From assembly GCF_963921235.1 (NCBI RefSeq), contig NC_086097.1, forward strand, positions 93,932,001 through 93,996,000: a DNA stretch of 64,000 nucleotides, given 5' to 3'. A program made the translations under genes and the position numbers. Below the pieces are notes generated by a model. That model did no database searches, had not been told where the DNA came from, and saw nothing but the letters and a program-made list of their open reading frames with translations. Below are positions 51,737-64,000 of this stretch, piece after piece (the first letter of the stretch is position 1; the number at the start of each line of letters is the position of its first letter). The DNA is from Mobula hypostoma (Eukaryota).

Positions 51737-54130
51737 TTAGTAACCTGTTCTAGTATGTGTAGAGTTCTCCTTATGTTGTCCTGTGTTTGTCTTTGTTGAA
51801 AAAATCCAGCCTGCTGTAAGTGGATTAGGCCAGGTAAAAGCTTTGCCAATCTGCGCGCTAATATAGACGTAAATAGTTTGTTATCTAAATTAAGAATGCT
51901 AACTGGCCAATACTTACCACATTCTAGTTTACCTTTACCCTCTTTAGGAATAACTGAAATAATCGCTTCTCTCCAAGAAGTTGGGAGTTTCTCCTCTCTG
52001 CAAGATCCAATTAAAGGTGTTAAGTAGTAATGGGGCTAACTGTGACTTCAGCGATTTGTACCACTCTGAGGTAAACCCATCAGAACCTGGAGACTTTCCA
52101 GCATTTAATCTAAAGATGGCTGCATTCAGTTCTTTGGCAGTTACTGGTTCTAATAGGCATTCACTTTGTGAATCTGTAAGCTTGGGTAGATCTAAAGAAT
52201 TCAGTAAAGTGTCTATATAGGGCTCATTGGAGGCCCGGGGTTGAGAGTAGAGCTCTCAATAATATATTTCAAAACTCTCTTGAATTTTCCCTATTGTACT
52301 CTCCACAAGCTTTGTCTTTGGATTCTTTATTTTATGAATTGTATTGTCTGCTTGTTGTTTTCGTAATTTATATGCTAATAATCTAGCTGATTTACCTCCT
52401 ACTTCATAATTCTTTTGCTCAGGTAAAGAAAATTTCTTTGAGTTTCCAATGTATAAATATCATCAATTTCACTTTGCAATTTCTTAATTTCCTGTTTTAA
52501 ATTAGAATTACTTTTGTTGCTATCTACAACTTGAAGTTGTTTTAATTTTCCTTGAAGGTCTGCTAATTTTTGTGCATTGATTTTTTTCATGTGAGTGGTA
52601 ATGGAAATAATTTTTCCTCTCAGTACAGCTTTCAATGTATCCCATAAGATCACTGGTGATGTTTCTCCCATGTCATTAAGGTCTAGGTATTCTTTGATTT
52701 CTCCCCTTAATCTCTCCATTACTTTCGGGTTATTGAGTATATGTGAATTTAACCTCCATAGTGTTTTCCTCATTTTCCTTTCCAGGATTAGAGACATAGA
52801 GACTGGGCTATGATCCGACAGGTCAATTGTTGCAATATTACAGTTTTTTATCCTGAGTCTATCTGTATTAAAGATAAAGAAATAGTCTATCCTTGAATAG
52901 GCTGAATGAGGGAAAGAGTAATGTGTATAATCTTTACTAGTGGGGTGTAATTCCCTCCACACATCTATAATTCCCAACTCCTCCATCAATAAATTCATTT
53001 TCCGAGTCAGAGGATAATTCTGAGTAACTATTCTTGAAGAATCTAATGCAGGATTTAACCTATATTAAAATCCCCTCCACAGATTACTACCCCTTGAGAA
53101 CTGACCATTAGGTCAAAAATGTGTCTATAGAATGACCATTCATAACCTGGTAGAGCATAAACATTCAGCAATGTTATTTCTGTACCTTCTATTCTTCCTG
53201 TAATTTTTACAAATCGTCCATCTTTGTCTTTAGTCTCTGAAATATGTTCATAATTAAGAGTACTTGATATTAAAGTAGCTACCCCTCTTTTGTGGCTCAA
53301 TTTATATGATGAATAAAATACATATTTAAAGCCCATTCTTTTTAATTTTTCATGTTAAGATTGGCTCATATGTGTTTCCTGGAGGAAAGCTATTTGTGCT
53401 CTCTCTTTTTTCAATTTAGACATAATCTTGTTTCTTTTAATTGGATTCAAAACCCCATTAACATTATAGGAAACTATTTTTACCAATTCAGTTTGCATTT
53501 TTCTCTAGTAGAAAAAAAATACTCTCCTTTTCTAACCAAACAGTAAGCAATCCCTTCTCAACAGTAAACCAAAACATATAACCACACCGTAGACATTTTT
53601 GAACGTATAACATTTGAAAATTTTCCCCGACTTCCAACAGTGAGGCCTGAGCACCGACCCGCCTCAGTTCAGAGGGATAACCTCCATCTTCACCCTGTGT
53701 TAGAGGGCCCTCAGCAGTTTGAATAATCATAGAGAATTTTCTCCTATTTATGTCTCGACCATATTGCTATCATTCAAGTTATTCCGTCTAGTTTATTTTC
53801 AGTTGCCAGCTTTCATTTTACCTTTAAGTCCAATTTACTCTTTTCAGTCATTTCTCTTAATTAATCTGTATTCTCTGTATATTCGCGTCTGAATATTTGC
53901 AGCTTTTCCTTGTAGTTTGACGCTCTGGTTCGTGTGGAGCGCCCTCGCCACACTGGCTTCCACGACTTCTGCCGAATCCTCTCCAGTAGTGACTCCGGTT
54001 GGGTGATAACTTTCATAGGTAGTCCCCGGTCCGCCAGGTCCGACGTTGCCTCCTCCGCCGTAGCGTAAGTTTTTGTCCCTTCGTCATAAAAGACTCTCAG
54101 CCGAGCTGGATACAGGGTCTGAAATCTGAT

Positions 54131-54732
54131 CAACACACACAAAAGTTGCTGGTGAACGCAGCAGGCCAGGCAGCATCTCTAGGAAGAGGTGCAGTCGACA
54201 TTTCAGGCCGAGACCCTTCGTCAGGACTAACTGAAAGAAGAGTGGGTAAGGGATTTGAAAGTTGGAGGGGGAGGGGGAGATCCAAAATGATAGGAGAAGA
54301 CAGGAGAGGGAGGGATGGAGCCAAGAGCTGGACAGGTGATAGGCAAAAGGGATACGAGAGGATCATGGGACAGGAGGTCCTGGAAGAAAGACGAGGTGGG
54401 GGGGACCCAGAGGATGTGCAAGGGGTATATTCAGAGGGACAGAGGGAGAAAAAGGAGAGTGAGAGAAAGAATGTGTGTATAAAAATAAGTAACAGATGAG
54501 GTACGAGGGGGAGGTGGGGCATTAGCGGAAGTTAGAGAAGTCGATGTTCATGCCATCAGGTTGGAGGCTACCCAGACGGAATATAAGGTGTTGTTCCTCC
54601 AACCTGAGTGTGGCTTCATCTTTACAGTAGAGGAGGCCGTGGATAGACATGTCAGAATGGGAATGGGATGTGGAATTAAAATGTGTGGCCACTGGGAGAT
54701 CCTGCTTTCTCTGGCGGACAGAGCGTAGATGT
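54131..54732 (-). mobile_element. PLE 3' fragment inserted in L1 ORF1
   Basis: GIY-YIG C-terminus + tail + hammerhead (54193-228); 13-bp TSD TCTGAAATCTRAT. Confidence 0.9.
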
Positions 54733-56088
54733 TCTGAAATCTAATGTTGTTTTTCTTCAGGACCCTCCGTGTTTCCGCATATTCCTTCCGTCTGGCAAGG
54801 ATCCCCGGTGCGTAATCGTGGTCTAAACTGATTTTACAGTTGCTCCACATGAAACCTTTCTTTTGCCATGCCCGTTTAAGCACCTCTTCCTTCGTTCTGT
54901 AACTGAGAAATCTGACTAGAATTGATCTGGGATGGGCGCCTGCTTGGGATAGCGGTGCCAAGGCGCAGTTGGCCCTTTCTATCTGTAGGTCTTTTGCGTC
55001 TGGTATGTCAAGGTTCCTCTAAGCAGCTTCTCCACGAAGGGAATCATCAATCCAGGTTTACCTTCAGTTCCTCCGAGAACTCCGTAGATCCTCACATTTT
55101 CCCTTCTTGAGCGGCCTTCTTGGTCTATTAGCTTCCACTGGAGCTGCCCTTGTAGCTTTAGCATTTCTGCTATCACTTCCTCTGCATTTTGCAGCCTCTC
55201 CTCAATTCCTACAGTCCTCGCTTCGGCTTCATCTAAACTCACATTAGTTTTTACTATTTCTCCTTTAATATCTTCCAGCTGTTTGTTGTTATCTTGTCGG
55301 AACTTGCGAATCTCTCTGAGAATCAAGGACAGATTCATCGATTCTTCCTCATTATCTCCGTCCTGGCTTGCCGTGGGGGAGCTAGGCCCGTCGCCTTGCT
55401 GCATCTCTTTGTGTTTATCAACCTTCTGAGCGGACTTTTTAATCTTGTTCTTAGACATTATCCTTGCCCCTTTTATTAATTTAGTTATGCAATATTAAGT
55501 ATTTGTCTAATTTCGATTTTGGGGCAGTTTATCTTCTTTTTTGTCGAGAGACCTTTTCCTTACGCCGCCATTCCCTTGATGACCCGGGAGTCCCCACTGA
55601 CATCTATAAGCCCACTGACTCTCATAACTACCTCGACTATGCCTTTTCCCACCCTGCCACATGCAAAAATGCTATTCCCTATTCCCAGTTCCTCCGTCTC
55701 TGCCACATATGCTCCCAGGATGAGGGGTTCTGTTCCAGGACATCTCAATTGTCCTCTTTCTTTAAGGATCGTGGTTTCCCTTTTGCCATTATCAATGATG
55801 CCCTCACCCACATCTCCTCCATTTCCCGCACTTCGGTCCTCACCCCATCCTCCCATCACCACAACAGGGACAGAGTTCCCCTTGTCCTCACCTACCATCC
55901 CACCAGCCTCCGGATCCAGCACTTTATCCTATATAGGGCCCCTACCCCCTCCCTCTTCAGTCCTGATGAAGGGTCTTGGCCTGAAACATTGACCGTTCAT
56001 TTCTATGGATGCTGCCCGACCTGCTGGGTTCCTCCAGCGTGCTGTGTGTGTTGCTTTGACCCCAGCATCTGCAGAGAATTTTGTGTTT

Positions 56089-56815
56089 CCAATGAAGTTA
56101 CGTTGCCTTTTCATGATCTCATACATTATTTCTCTTTTTGTGCTTGCTCTGTTCATGACATCCTCGTTAGATATTTGTTTTGTCCATGATATTCTTTGCA
56201 TCCTCCTCAAAAACCACATCTCTGCTGCTTCAGTTCGTTTGCTCATGTTACTAGATATTGTCTGACATTCTGAGCCATACTACTTAACTGGATAAACGTA
56301 ACATTTCAGTACTCTGAAGTGGGTTGTCATGCCTAGTTTAGTGTTGGTCAGTATACTCTTCATTATCGTAAAGGTGTCATTTGCCATCCCTATTCTTCTT
56401 TGATGTCCATGTCTCACCTGCCATCTGATTTCACCCAGATTCCTAAGTAGCAAAAGTTCTGTACTTGTTTTATGTCTTCCCCGTTTATTCTCAGTCTTCA
56501 GATAGGATTCTCCTTCTTTTTGGATATCACCATACATTCTGTCTTCTTGCAATTGATAGATAGACAACAGTGTGTTTTCTCCCCTGATTTGTTTAATGTG
56601 TACAGTGAAACAATAGTACAAAAAATAAGAGACATCTTGGGAATCAAAGTTGGTGGTGAAATCATCAATAATTTCGGATGTGCAGATGACACTGTGTTAA
56701 TTGCAAGTACGGAGGAAGAACTGCAAAACTTAATTGATATAGTTGTTGAAGAAAGTGCAAAAATGGGTCTATCTATCAATTGCAAAAAGACCGTATGTAT
56801 GGTGATATCCAGCAG
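56089..56815. mobile_element. RTE fragment with internal inversion; inverted duplicate of 43210-43935
   Basis: Reverse complement matches 43210-43935, including both junctions. Confidence 0.85.
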
Positions 56816-56879
56816 AACAAGGAATTCCATTATCAGCATTGCCTCAGAGTCATGGTCAAGGGAGGGTGAGGGGCACAAA

Positions 56880-57990
56880 ATGTCTTCCTCCACCATCAAC
56901 TCTGCTCTCAAACGCATCTCCCCCATTTCACGCACATCTGCTCTCACTCCATCCTCCTGTCACCCCATTAGGAATAGGGTTCCCCTGGTCCTCACCTACC
57001 ACCCCATCAGCCTCCGGGTCCAACATATTATTCTCCGTAACTTTGGCCACCTCCAACGGGATCCCACCACTAAACACATCTTTCCCTCCCCGCCTCTCTC
57101 TGCTTTCCGCAGGGATCGCTCCCTACGCGACTCACTTGTCCATTCGTCCCCCCTATCCCTCCCCACTGATCTCCCTCCTGGCACTTATCTGTGTAAGCAG
57201 AACAAGTGCTACACATGCCCTTACACTTCCTCCCTTACCACCATTCAGAGCCCCAGACAGTCCTTCCAGGTGACGTGACACTTCACCTGTGATTCGGCTG
57301 GTGTGATATACTGCGTCCGGTGCTCCCGATGTGGCCTTCTATATATTGGCGAGACCTGACGCAGACTGGGAAATCGTTTTGCTGAACACCTACGCTCTGT
57401 CCGCCAGAGAAAGCAGGATCTCCCAATGGCCACACATTTTAATTCCACATCCCATTACCATTCTGACATGTCTATCCACGGCCTCCTCTACTGTAAAGAT
57501 GAAGGCACACTCAGGTTGGAGGAACAACACCTTATATTCCGTCTGGGTAGCCTCCAACCTGATGGCATGAACATCGACTTCTCTAACTTCCGCTAATGCC
57601 CCACCTCCCCCTCGTACCCCATCCGTTATTTATTTATATATACACATTCTTTCCCTCTCTCTCCTTTTTCTCCCTCTGTCTCTCTGACTATACCCCTTGC
57701 CCATCCTCTGGGTTCTCCCCCCCACCCCTTTCCTTCTCCCTGGGCCTCCTGTCCCATGATCCTCTCATATCCTTTTTGCCAATTACCTGTCCAACTCTTG
57801 GCTCCATCCCTCTCCCTCCTGTCTTCTCCTATCATTTCGGATCTCCCCTTCCCCCTCCCACTTTCAAATCTCTTACTAGCTCTTCTTTCAGTTAGTCCTG
57901 ACGAAGGGTCTCGGCCCGAAACTCGACAGTACCCCTTCCTATAGATGCTGCCTGGCCTGCTGCGTTCACCAGCAACTTTGATGTCTGTTG
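56880..57990 (+). mobile_element. PLE 3' fragment (same subfamily as 21909-24056)
   Basis: RVPLVLTYHP..YIGET; tail with damaged hammerhead at 57894-927. Confidence 0.9.
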
Positions 57991-58494
57991 CTTCTATCTT
58001 CCAAGTTTCTTAGCTATTTTATAAGGCTTTGTCTTGCCATAGAGATTACAGATTACTCGAAAGATTGGAGTCATAAGGCGAAACAGTATGGATACAGGCC
58101 CTTTGGCCCAATAAGTCCATGCCGACCATGGTATCTGTCCGCTTCTCCCATATTTGAATTCTTCCAATAGCCCTCTCAACACTGTCCTTCTATATACCTA
58201 TCCAAGTGCTTCTTAAATGAAATGATTGTACTTGCTCAACCACTTCTGGCAGCTTGTTCCATATACTCACCAATCTCTGCATCCAAAAATTGCCCCTCAA
58301 GCACCTTTAAATTTCTCACCCTAAAAAAAATGTCTCCTAGTTTTGGTCTCTCTTACCCTGGGGAGAAAAGACTGTTATCATCCATCTTATCCATACCTCT
58401 CATATCTGCTCACTTTTCAGTTTAACCACATTTTTCCTATAACGTGACCAAAACTGTGCATAGTACTTCCAAGTGTGGCATTTACTCCTGTATG

Positions 58495-59505
58495 CTCTAT
58501 CTAGACCTTTCAACATTCTGTAACTTTCAATGAGATCCCCTCCATTCTTCTAAATTTCAGTGAGTGCAGGCCAAGAGTAATCAATTGCTTCTCATACGAT
58601 AACCCTTACGTTCCTGGAATTATTCTCGTGAACCTCCTCTGAATCCACTTGAATGTCAGCACATTCTTTCTTGAAGGGGCCCAAAAGTGCTCATAATACT
58701 TCAAGTGAGGCTTCACCAGTGCTTTACAAAGCCTCAGCATTACCTTCTTGCTTTTATATTCTAGTCCTTTTGAAATGAATGTTAACATTGCATTTGCCTC
58801 CCTCACCACCAACTCAACCTGCAAATTAATTTTAAGGAATCCTGCACGATGAATCCCAAGTCCCTTTGCTACTCAGATTTTTGAATTTTCTTCCCATTTA
58901 GAAAATAGTCTGCACGTTTACTCCTTCTACCAAAGTGCAAACATACACTTTCTGACGCAGTATTTCATTTGCCACTTCCTTGCCCATTTTCCTAATCTGG
59001 TCAAGTCATTCTAGGTCTCCCTGTTTCCTCCACATGAACTGCTCATCAACCTATCTTTGTATCGTCTGCAAACTTGACCACAAAGCCATTAATTCCATCA
59101 TCATTGACATACAATGTAGAAGTTTCCAAGACTAATCGCTGTTGAACACCACTAGTCACAGGGAGCCAATCAGACATTTGAAATTTTCCAGTTCTCCAGA
59201 TCTATTCCTGAATCTAGTAATTCTTGAAAGATCATTACTAATGCCTCCACAATCTCTTCTGCTACTTCTTTCAGAACCCTATGGTGTAGTCTATCAAGTT
59301 CATGTGAGCTATCTACCTTCAGACTATTCCATTTCCCAAGCACCTTCTCCCTAATAATAGCAGCTATGCTCAGTTTTGACCCTGACAGTCTTGAACTTGC
59401 AGCATACTGCTGGTATCTTTCACAGTGAAGACTGATGCAAAGTACTTATTCAGTTTGTCATTTCCATATCCCCAATTATTATATCTTTAGTGTCATTTTC
59501 CAGCA
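58495..59505 (-). mobile_element. CR1 LINE fragments
   Basis: VVREANAMLTFISKGLEYKSK..LVKPHLKY. Confidence 0.8.
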
Positions 59506-59513
59506 GTCCAAAA

Positions 59514-60318
59514 CAGTGGTGCTAGAAAGTTTGTGAACCCTGTAGAATTTTCTCTATTTCTACATTTATGACCTAAGATGTGATCAGATCTTCACGAGTA
59601 CTAAAACTAGATACAGAGAAACCAATTAAATAAGGCAAAAAACATTATACTTGTTCATTTATTTATTGAGAAAAATGATCTAATATTACAAGTATTTGTT
59701 GGAAAAAGTATGTGAACCTCTGGGGTAAAGCCATCTACAAAACCTATTTGGAGTCAGGTATACCAACCAATGAGATGAGATTGGAGGTGTGATTTGTAGA
59801 GGGGCCCTGCCCAATAAAAAGATCCACAAAGTCAGGTTACTGACAAAGCCTGCTCTTCTCAAGAAAGATCTGTTTATGTGCGCTATGTCTTGATCAAAAC
59901 AACTTTCAGAGAACCTTAGAAGAAGAATTGTAGAGATACATGAAGCTGGAAAAGGCTATAAAAGCATTTCTAAAGACCTGAGAGTTCATTAGTCCACAGT
60001 AAGAGAAATTGTCTACAAATGAAGGAAACTTAGTACTGATGCCACTCTTCCTAGGAGTGAGCATCCTGTAAAGGTCACACCAAAAGCACAACGTGCAATG
60101 CTGAAGGAGGTGAAAAAGAAATTTCTAGAACTTGATAAAGTCTTTGTTCATGTGTCCATTCTAAGAAAAACACTGACCAAGAATGCTGTTCATGGAAGGA
60201 CATCACGGAGGAAACCACTGCTCTCCCAAAAAAACATTGCTGCAAGTCTCAAGTTTGTAAAAGACCACCCAGTTGTTCGACAACATTGTTTGGATAGATG
60301 AGACAAAAGTTGAACTTT
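59514..60318 (+). mobile_element. Tc1-like transposon, left end + decayed transposase, truncated by L1
   Basis: Starts CAGTGGTGCTAGAAAGTTTGTGAACCC; SKQLSENLRRRIVEIHEAGKGYKSISKDL, RRKPLLS, WIDETKVELF. Confidence 0.88.
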
Positions 60319-63300
60319 TTATTTTTTTTGTTATTAATTATTTATTGCAATACCAACAAATTACATTCAATACAACCAGTTGCCAATTACATTTTGACTG
60401 CTTAACCCAGCGACCCCCCAACCTTCATCACCATCCCCCTGCACCCCTCTCTCCCCCCATCCCTCTCCCCCCCACCAATCGACTGAATAGTAGTACATAG
60501 GCAGACATAGCATTCCTATTTTATCAAAAGATCTTTTAAGTTAGATATCAAATTTGTCCACATTATAATTGTGTTTGGTCGTGCATCATTTACTCTTGCT
60601 GATGAAAGTTCCCGGTAAGAAATGTCCAAAAAGCTCCGAAGCCAGTGAGTATCATGGGGAGGTTTCCAACGCTGGACTACAAACTTCTTAGCTGCAGTCA
60701 GGCCTGCCAGCCAGATTTTGCGTGTTTTTTCCGTAAGGGAAAGGTGGGAGTCATCATTTAGAAGATGTACAGCAGGGTCCATTAGTAATTGTACCCCTGT
60801 TAGTTCTGTAAGAGTGCTGATAACCTTCCGCCACAAATCAAAAACCCCTGGACGTTCCCATACAACATGTATAAAAGAGCCAATGGCTCCATGGGGGCAA
60901 AATGAGCAATATGGGTCAGGAACCAGTCCCATTTGATGTCTAATTCTCGGTGTTAAATATGCTCTATGACAAAATTTCAAGTGTATATACCGATGATTTG
61001 GGTTTTTCGAAGCACTGGCAGCATTCCCAAATCGCCTCCCAGTCTAAGTCTTGTTCCAATTCAGATATGTCCCTATCCTAAGCTTTCATTCCCGATGTGG
61101 GTATATATTTCTGGGAATTTAATTTATCTTAGATATATGACACTATCTGTCCTGGAGCACTCTGTATCCAATTTAAAATGGGATGGTCCTTTAAATCTGA
61201 ACCCCAGGGAATGCCGTAGGCAAGCTGATCTTACTCGAAAGTAGAAGAAAAGAGAATGTTTATCAATATTATATCGAGAAATCAGTTCTTGAAAGCTAAG
61301 GATAGTACTTGCCCCATTAATATCTTGAAGAGTAGTAATACCTTTATCCTCCCAAGTTCTGTTAATGAATGGTTTCCCCCCAGATAGAAAACGATTATTG
61401 TTCCATAATGGAGATGATTTACAGCATACGCTTTTAAGTTTTAGGAATTTTTCTGCTGCTCTAAACACTTGTAGTGTATGGGTTAAAATTGGACTGTAAT
61501 ACAAATCACATTTTTTGGTAGACATACCTATCAGGAGAAAGACCCTCAACCTTATTGGTGCTATTAGCTCTAGTTCTATATTTTTCCAGGACGAAACTTT
61601 ATCCTCCTCCATCCAATAGCTAAGACTTTTTAATACAAATGCCCAGTGATACAATTTAAAATTTGGACATGCCAATCCCCCATTCGACTTTTTGAATTGT
61701 AGAGCTGACCATTTTATATTGGGCCGTTTACCGTTCCAAACATAGCATCGTAGTAAGGAGTCCAGTTTTTGCCAATATCCTGCTGGAGGTGCAAGTGGGA
61801 TAATTGAGCTGATAAAATTAATGCAGGGTAAGATGTTCATTTTAATGACTGATATACAGGCCGGGACTGATGCTGGCAGGTGTCTCCATCTATTAATATC
61901 TTCTATTTTTTTCAGAATTCAGGAGTAATTTGTTTTAGCCACAGCTGATAAGGAAGTACTAACTTTAGTACCCAAGTAGAGGACTTCATTTGTAACTTTA
62001 ATCTAGGGAGGAAGAGAAACCTTACTTTTATCCGTATTAATCAGCATCAGTGCTGATTTTAACAAATTAACTTTGTATCCTGAAAGAAATCCAAATTGCT
62101 CCAGTGTTTTTAAAACATAGGGGAGAGTTTGTTGAACATTCGCCATATAAACTAGCGTGTTGTCCGCGTAAAGTGATACTGAATGTGATGATGTACTTAT
62201 TGTAATAGGGGAGATCTGAGGAGAGTTTCTAATTAAGTGTGCAAGCGGTTCAATAGATATATTAAAAATTAAAGGAGGCAAGGGGTCCCCTTGTCGTGTG
62301 CCCCGTCCTATGTCAAATAACTCTGAGAAACCTCCTCCTACACATACCCTTGCTGAAGGATTCGCATACAATGGTTGAATCATATTGATAAATTTATTGC
62401 TGAACTTAAATTCTTTTAGAACTCTCCAAAGATATGGCCATTCAAGGTGATCGAACGCTTTTTCAGCATCTAGAAATAACAGGCCACAAGCAGGTGGGAT
62501 TTTATGTGTTGCATTCAGTACGTGTAAGAGCCGGCGAATATTATCAGATGGGAGATGCCCCTTGATAAAGCCCGTTTGATCTGGGCTAATTATTTTCCCA
62601 ACTACTGTCTCAAGTCTACTGGCTAAGACTTTGGAAAATATCTTGAGGTCGGCATTTATCAAGGAGATTGGACGGTAATTGGCACACTCCAAGGGGTCCT
62701 TACCGGGCTTAGGTATAACTGTGATCAGGGCTGTGTTTAGATCTCTATGGAAAGCGCCATTTCCAAAAGCATAATTTAATGTTTCTAACCATACTGGTCC
62801 AAGAATATCCCAAAGTGCTAGGTAAAGTTCCACAGGTATGCCATCTATGCCTGGCGTACGGCCCTTATTTGTAGCTTTTACTGCTTTGAGTAATAGGGGA
62901 GGAAGGAAGGAAGGAACTGAGCCACTTGTATATAATTTTTTAAAGTAATCGTTGAATATCTTGTTTATTTCCTCTGTTGAAGATAGTATTACATGTTTAG
63001 CACATCTAATCGCTGGTATAGACCTTTTAGTTTCCTGTTGTTTGAGCGTTAGAGCTAAAAGATGGCTCAGTCTGCTGCCTTCTGCATAATACTTATGTTT
63101 GGTTATATGGATCATATATTCTGCCCTGCTTCTTAATAAATCATTTAATTCTGCTTGTTTTGTTCTGAGCTCGTTTTCTTTTGTAATGGTGTATATCCCT
63201 TTGAGATCATTTTCCAAAACCTTGCATTCGTCTTCTAAGGTGGAAATCTTTTGAAGCCGGCTTTTACGTAGGTGAGAACTGAACCATATAGCGTTATTTC

Positions 63301-64000
63301 GTAAGAAACCCTTGATGGAGGCCCAAATCACTGTCACATCTGAGACACTTCTTTATTTAAATTTATAAATTCTGTCAGTTTTGTTCTCAGTTGTGATAGA
63401 AATTCATCGTTTTTTAGAAGAGTGGAGTTAAACCTCCACCTAGTAGCCTTATTTTTAATTTTGCCATAATTAAAAGTAGATATGACTGGGTTGTGATCGG
63501 ATAGATATCTGGGCAAAAATTCTATTGAGTGTACTAAAGGCAGCAGACCGGAGGATATAAGAATGTAATCTATCCGAGAGAAAGTTTTATGTCTTGTGGA
63601 GAAGAAGGTATAGTCTTTAGCAGATGGATTATGCACCCTCCACACATCCGTTAAAAAAAGGTTAAGTGCTTTGGAAGCAGATTCTTAAGAGCTTGATATA
63701 GTTGAGGAAGATTTATCGAGGTTAATATTTACCAAATTCATGTCCGAACCAACATATAGTTGGTAGTCACTTAACTTCAGTAATTGTGAGGTAATTGAGG
63801 GAAAAAATTCAACCTCGAATATAGTTGGGGCATATAGGCTAATGAATGCAACTTTTTTTTTTACCCTGAATGGATGTGCTGCAAAAAGCTAGACGTCCTT
63901 TATTGTCGGTGCTCGTCCTTTCAATTGGTACATTAATATTACGTCTCATTACTATCATAACTCCTTTCGTACGAGTACCATCAGCTGATGCCACAATGGG
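60319..64000 (-). mobile_element. L1-clade LINE of a different family, ORF2 with several lesions, running off the window
   Basis: [47 protein letters not shown]-rich 3' end at about 60320-60347. Confidence 0.92.

Larger units (their letters stand above)
47945..55593 (-). mobile_element. Full-length L1 copy (same family as 6732-12554) carrying three secondary insertions
   Basis: ORF1/ORF2 remnants nearly identical to copy 1; 12-bp TSD CCACTGACATCT (47933-44, 55594-605). Confidence 0.95.

Noticed and set aside
56472..57278. 268-aa RTE-PLE fusion ORF
   Set aside because: Chance in-frame juxtaposition of decayed fragments; RT motif damaged (CADD)

Overview
Repeat-dense vertebrate genomic DNA. 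The CR1/Rex1/RTE/Penelope/L1 landscape suggests a cartilaginous fish, probably a ray (inference). Most of the window is nested transposon debris: two near full-length copies of one L1-clade LINE plus a third L1 family, many CR1, Rex1 and RTE fragments, Penelope-like elements (PLEs) with hammerhead-ribozyme motifs, and Tc1, hAT, Harbinger and Academ DNA transposons with recognisable TIRs/TSDs. Host content: (i) IVD (isovaleryl-CoA dehydrogenase) exon 1 at 24348-24509, head-to-head with an unidentified minus-strand gene whose first coding exon is just ATG; (ii) a three-exon minus-strand gene at about 37.9-42.2 kb, apparently inside IVD intron 1. It joins an N-terminal signal-anchor helix and about 16 proline/acid-rich 11-aa repeats to a phospholipase C-delta PH domain that keeps the PI(4,5)P2-binding residues, then appears to stop before any catalytic domain. 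This is the best candidate for an undescribed system: a possible membrane-anchored PIP2 tether or sensor derived from PLC-delta.
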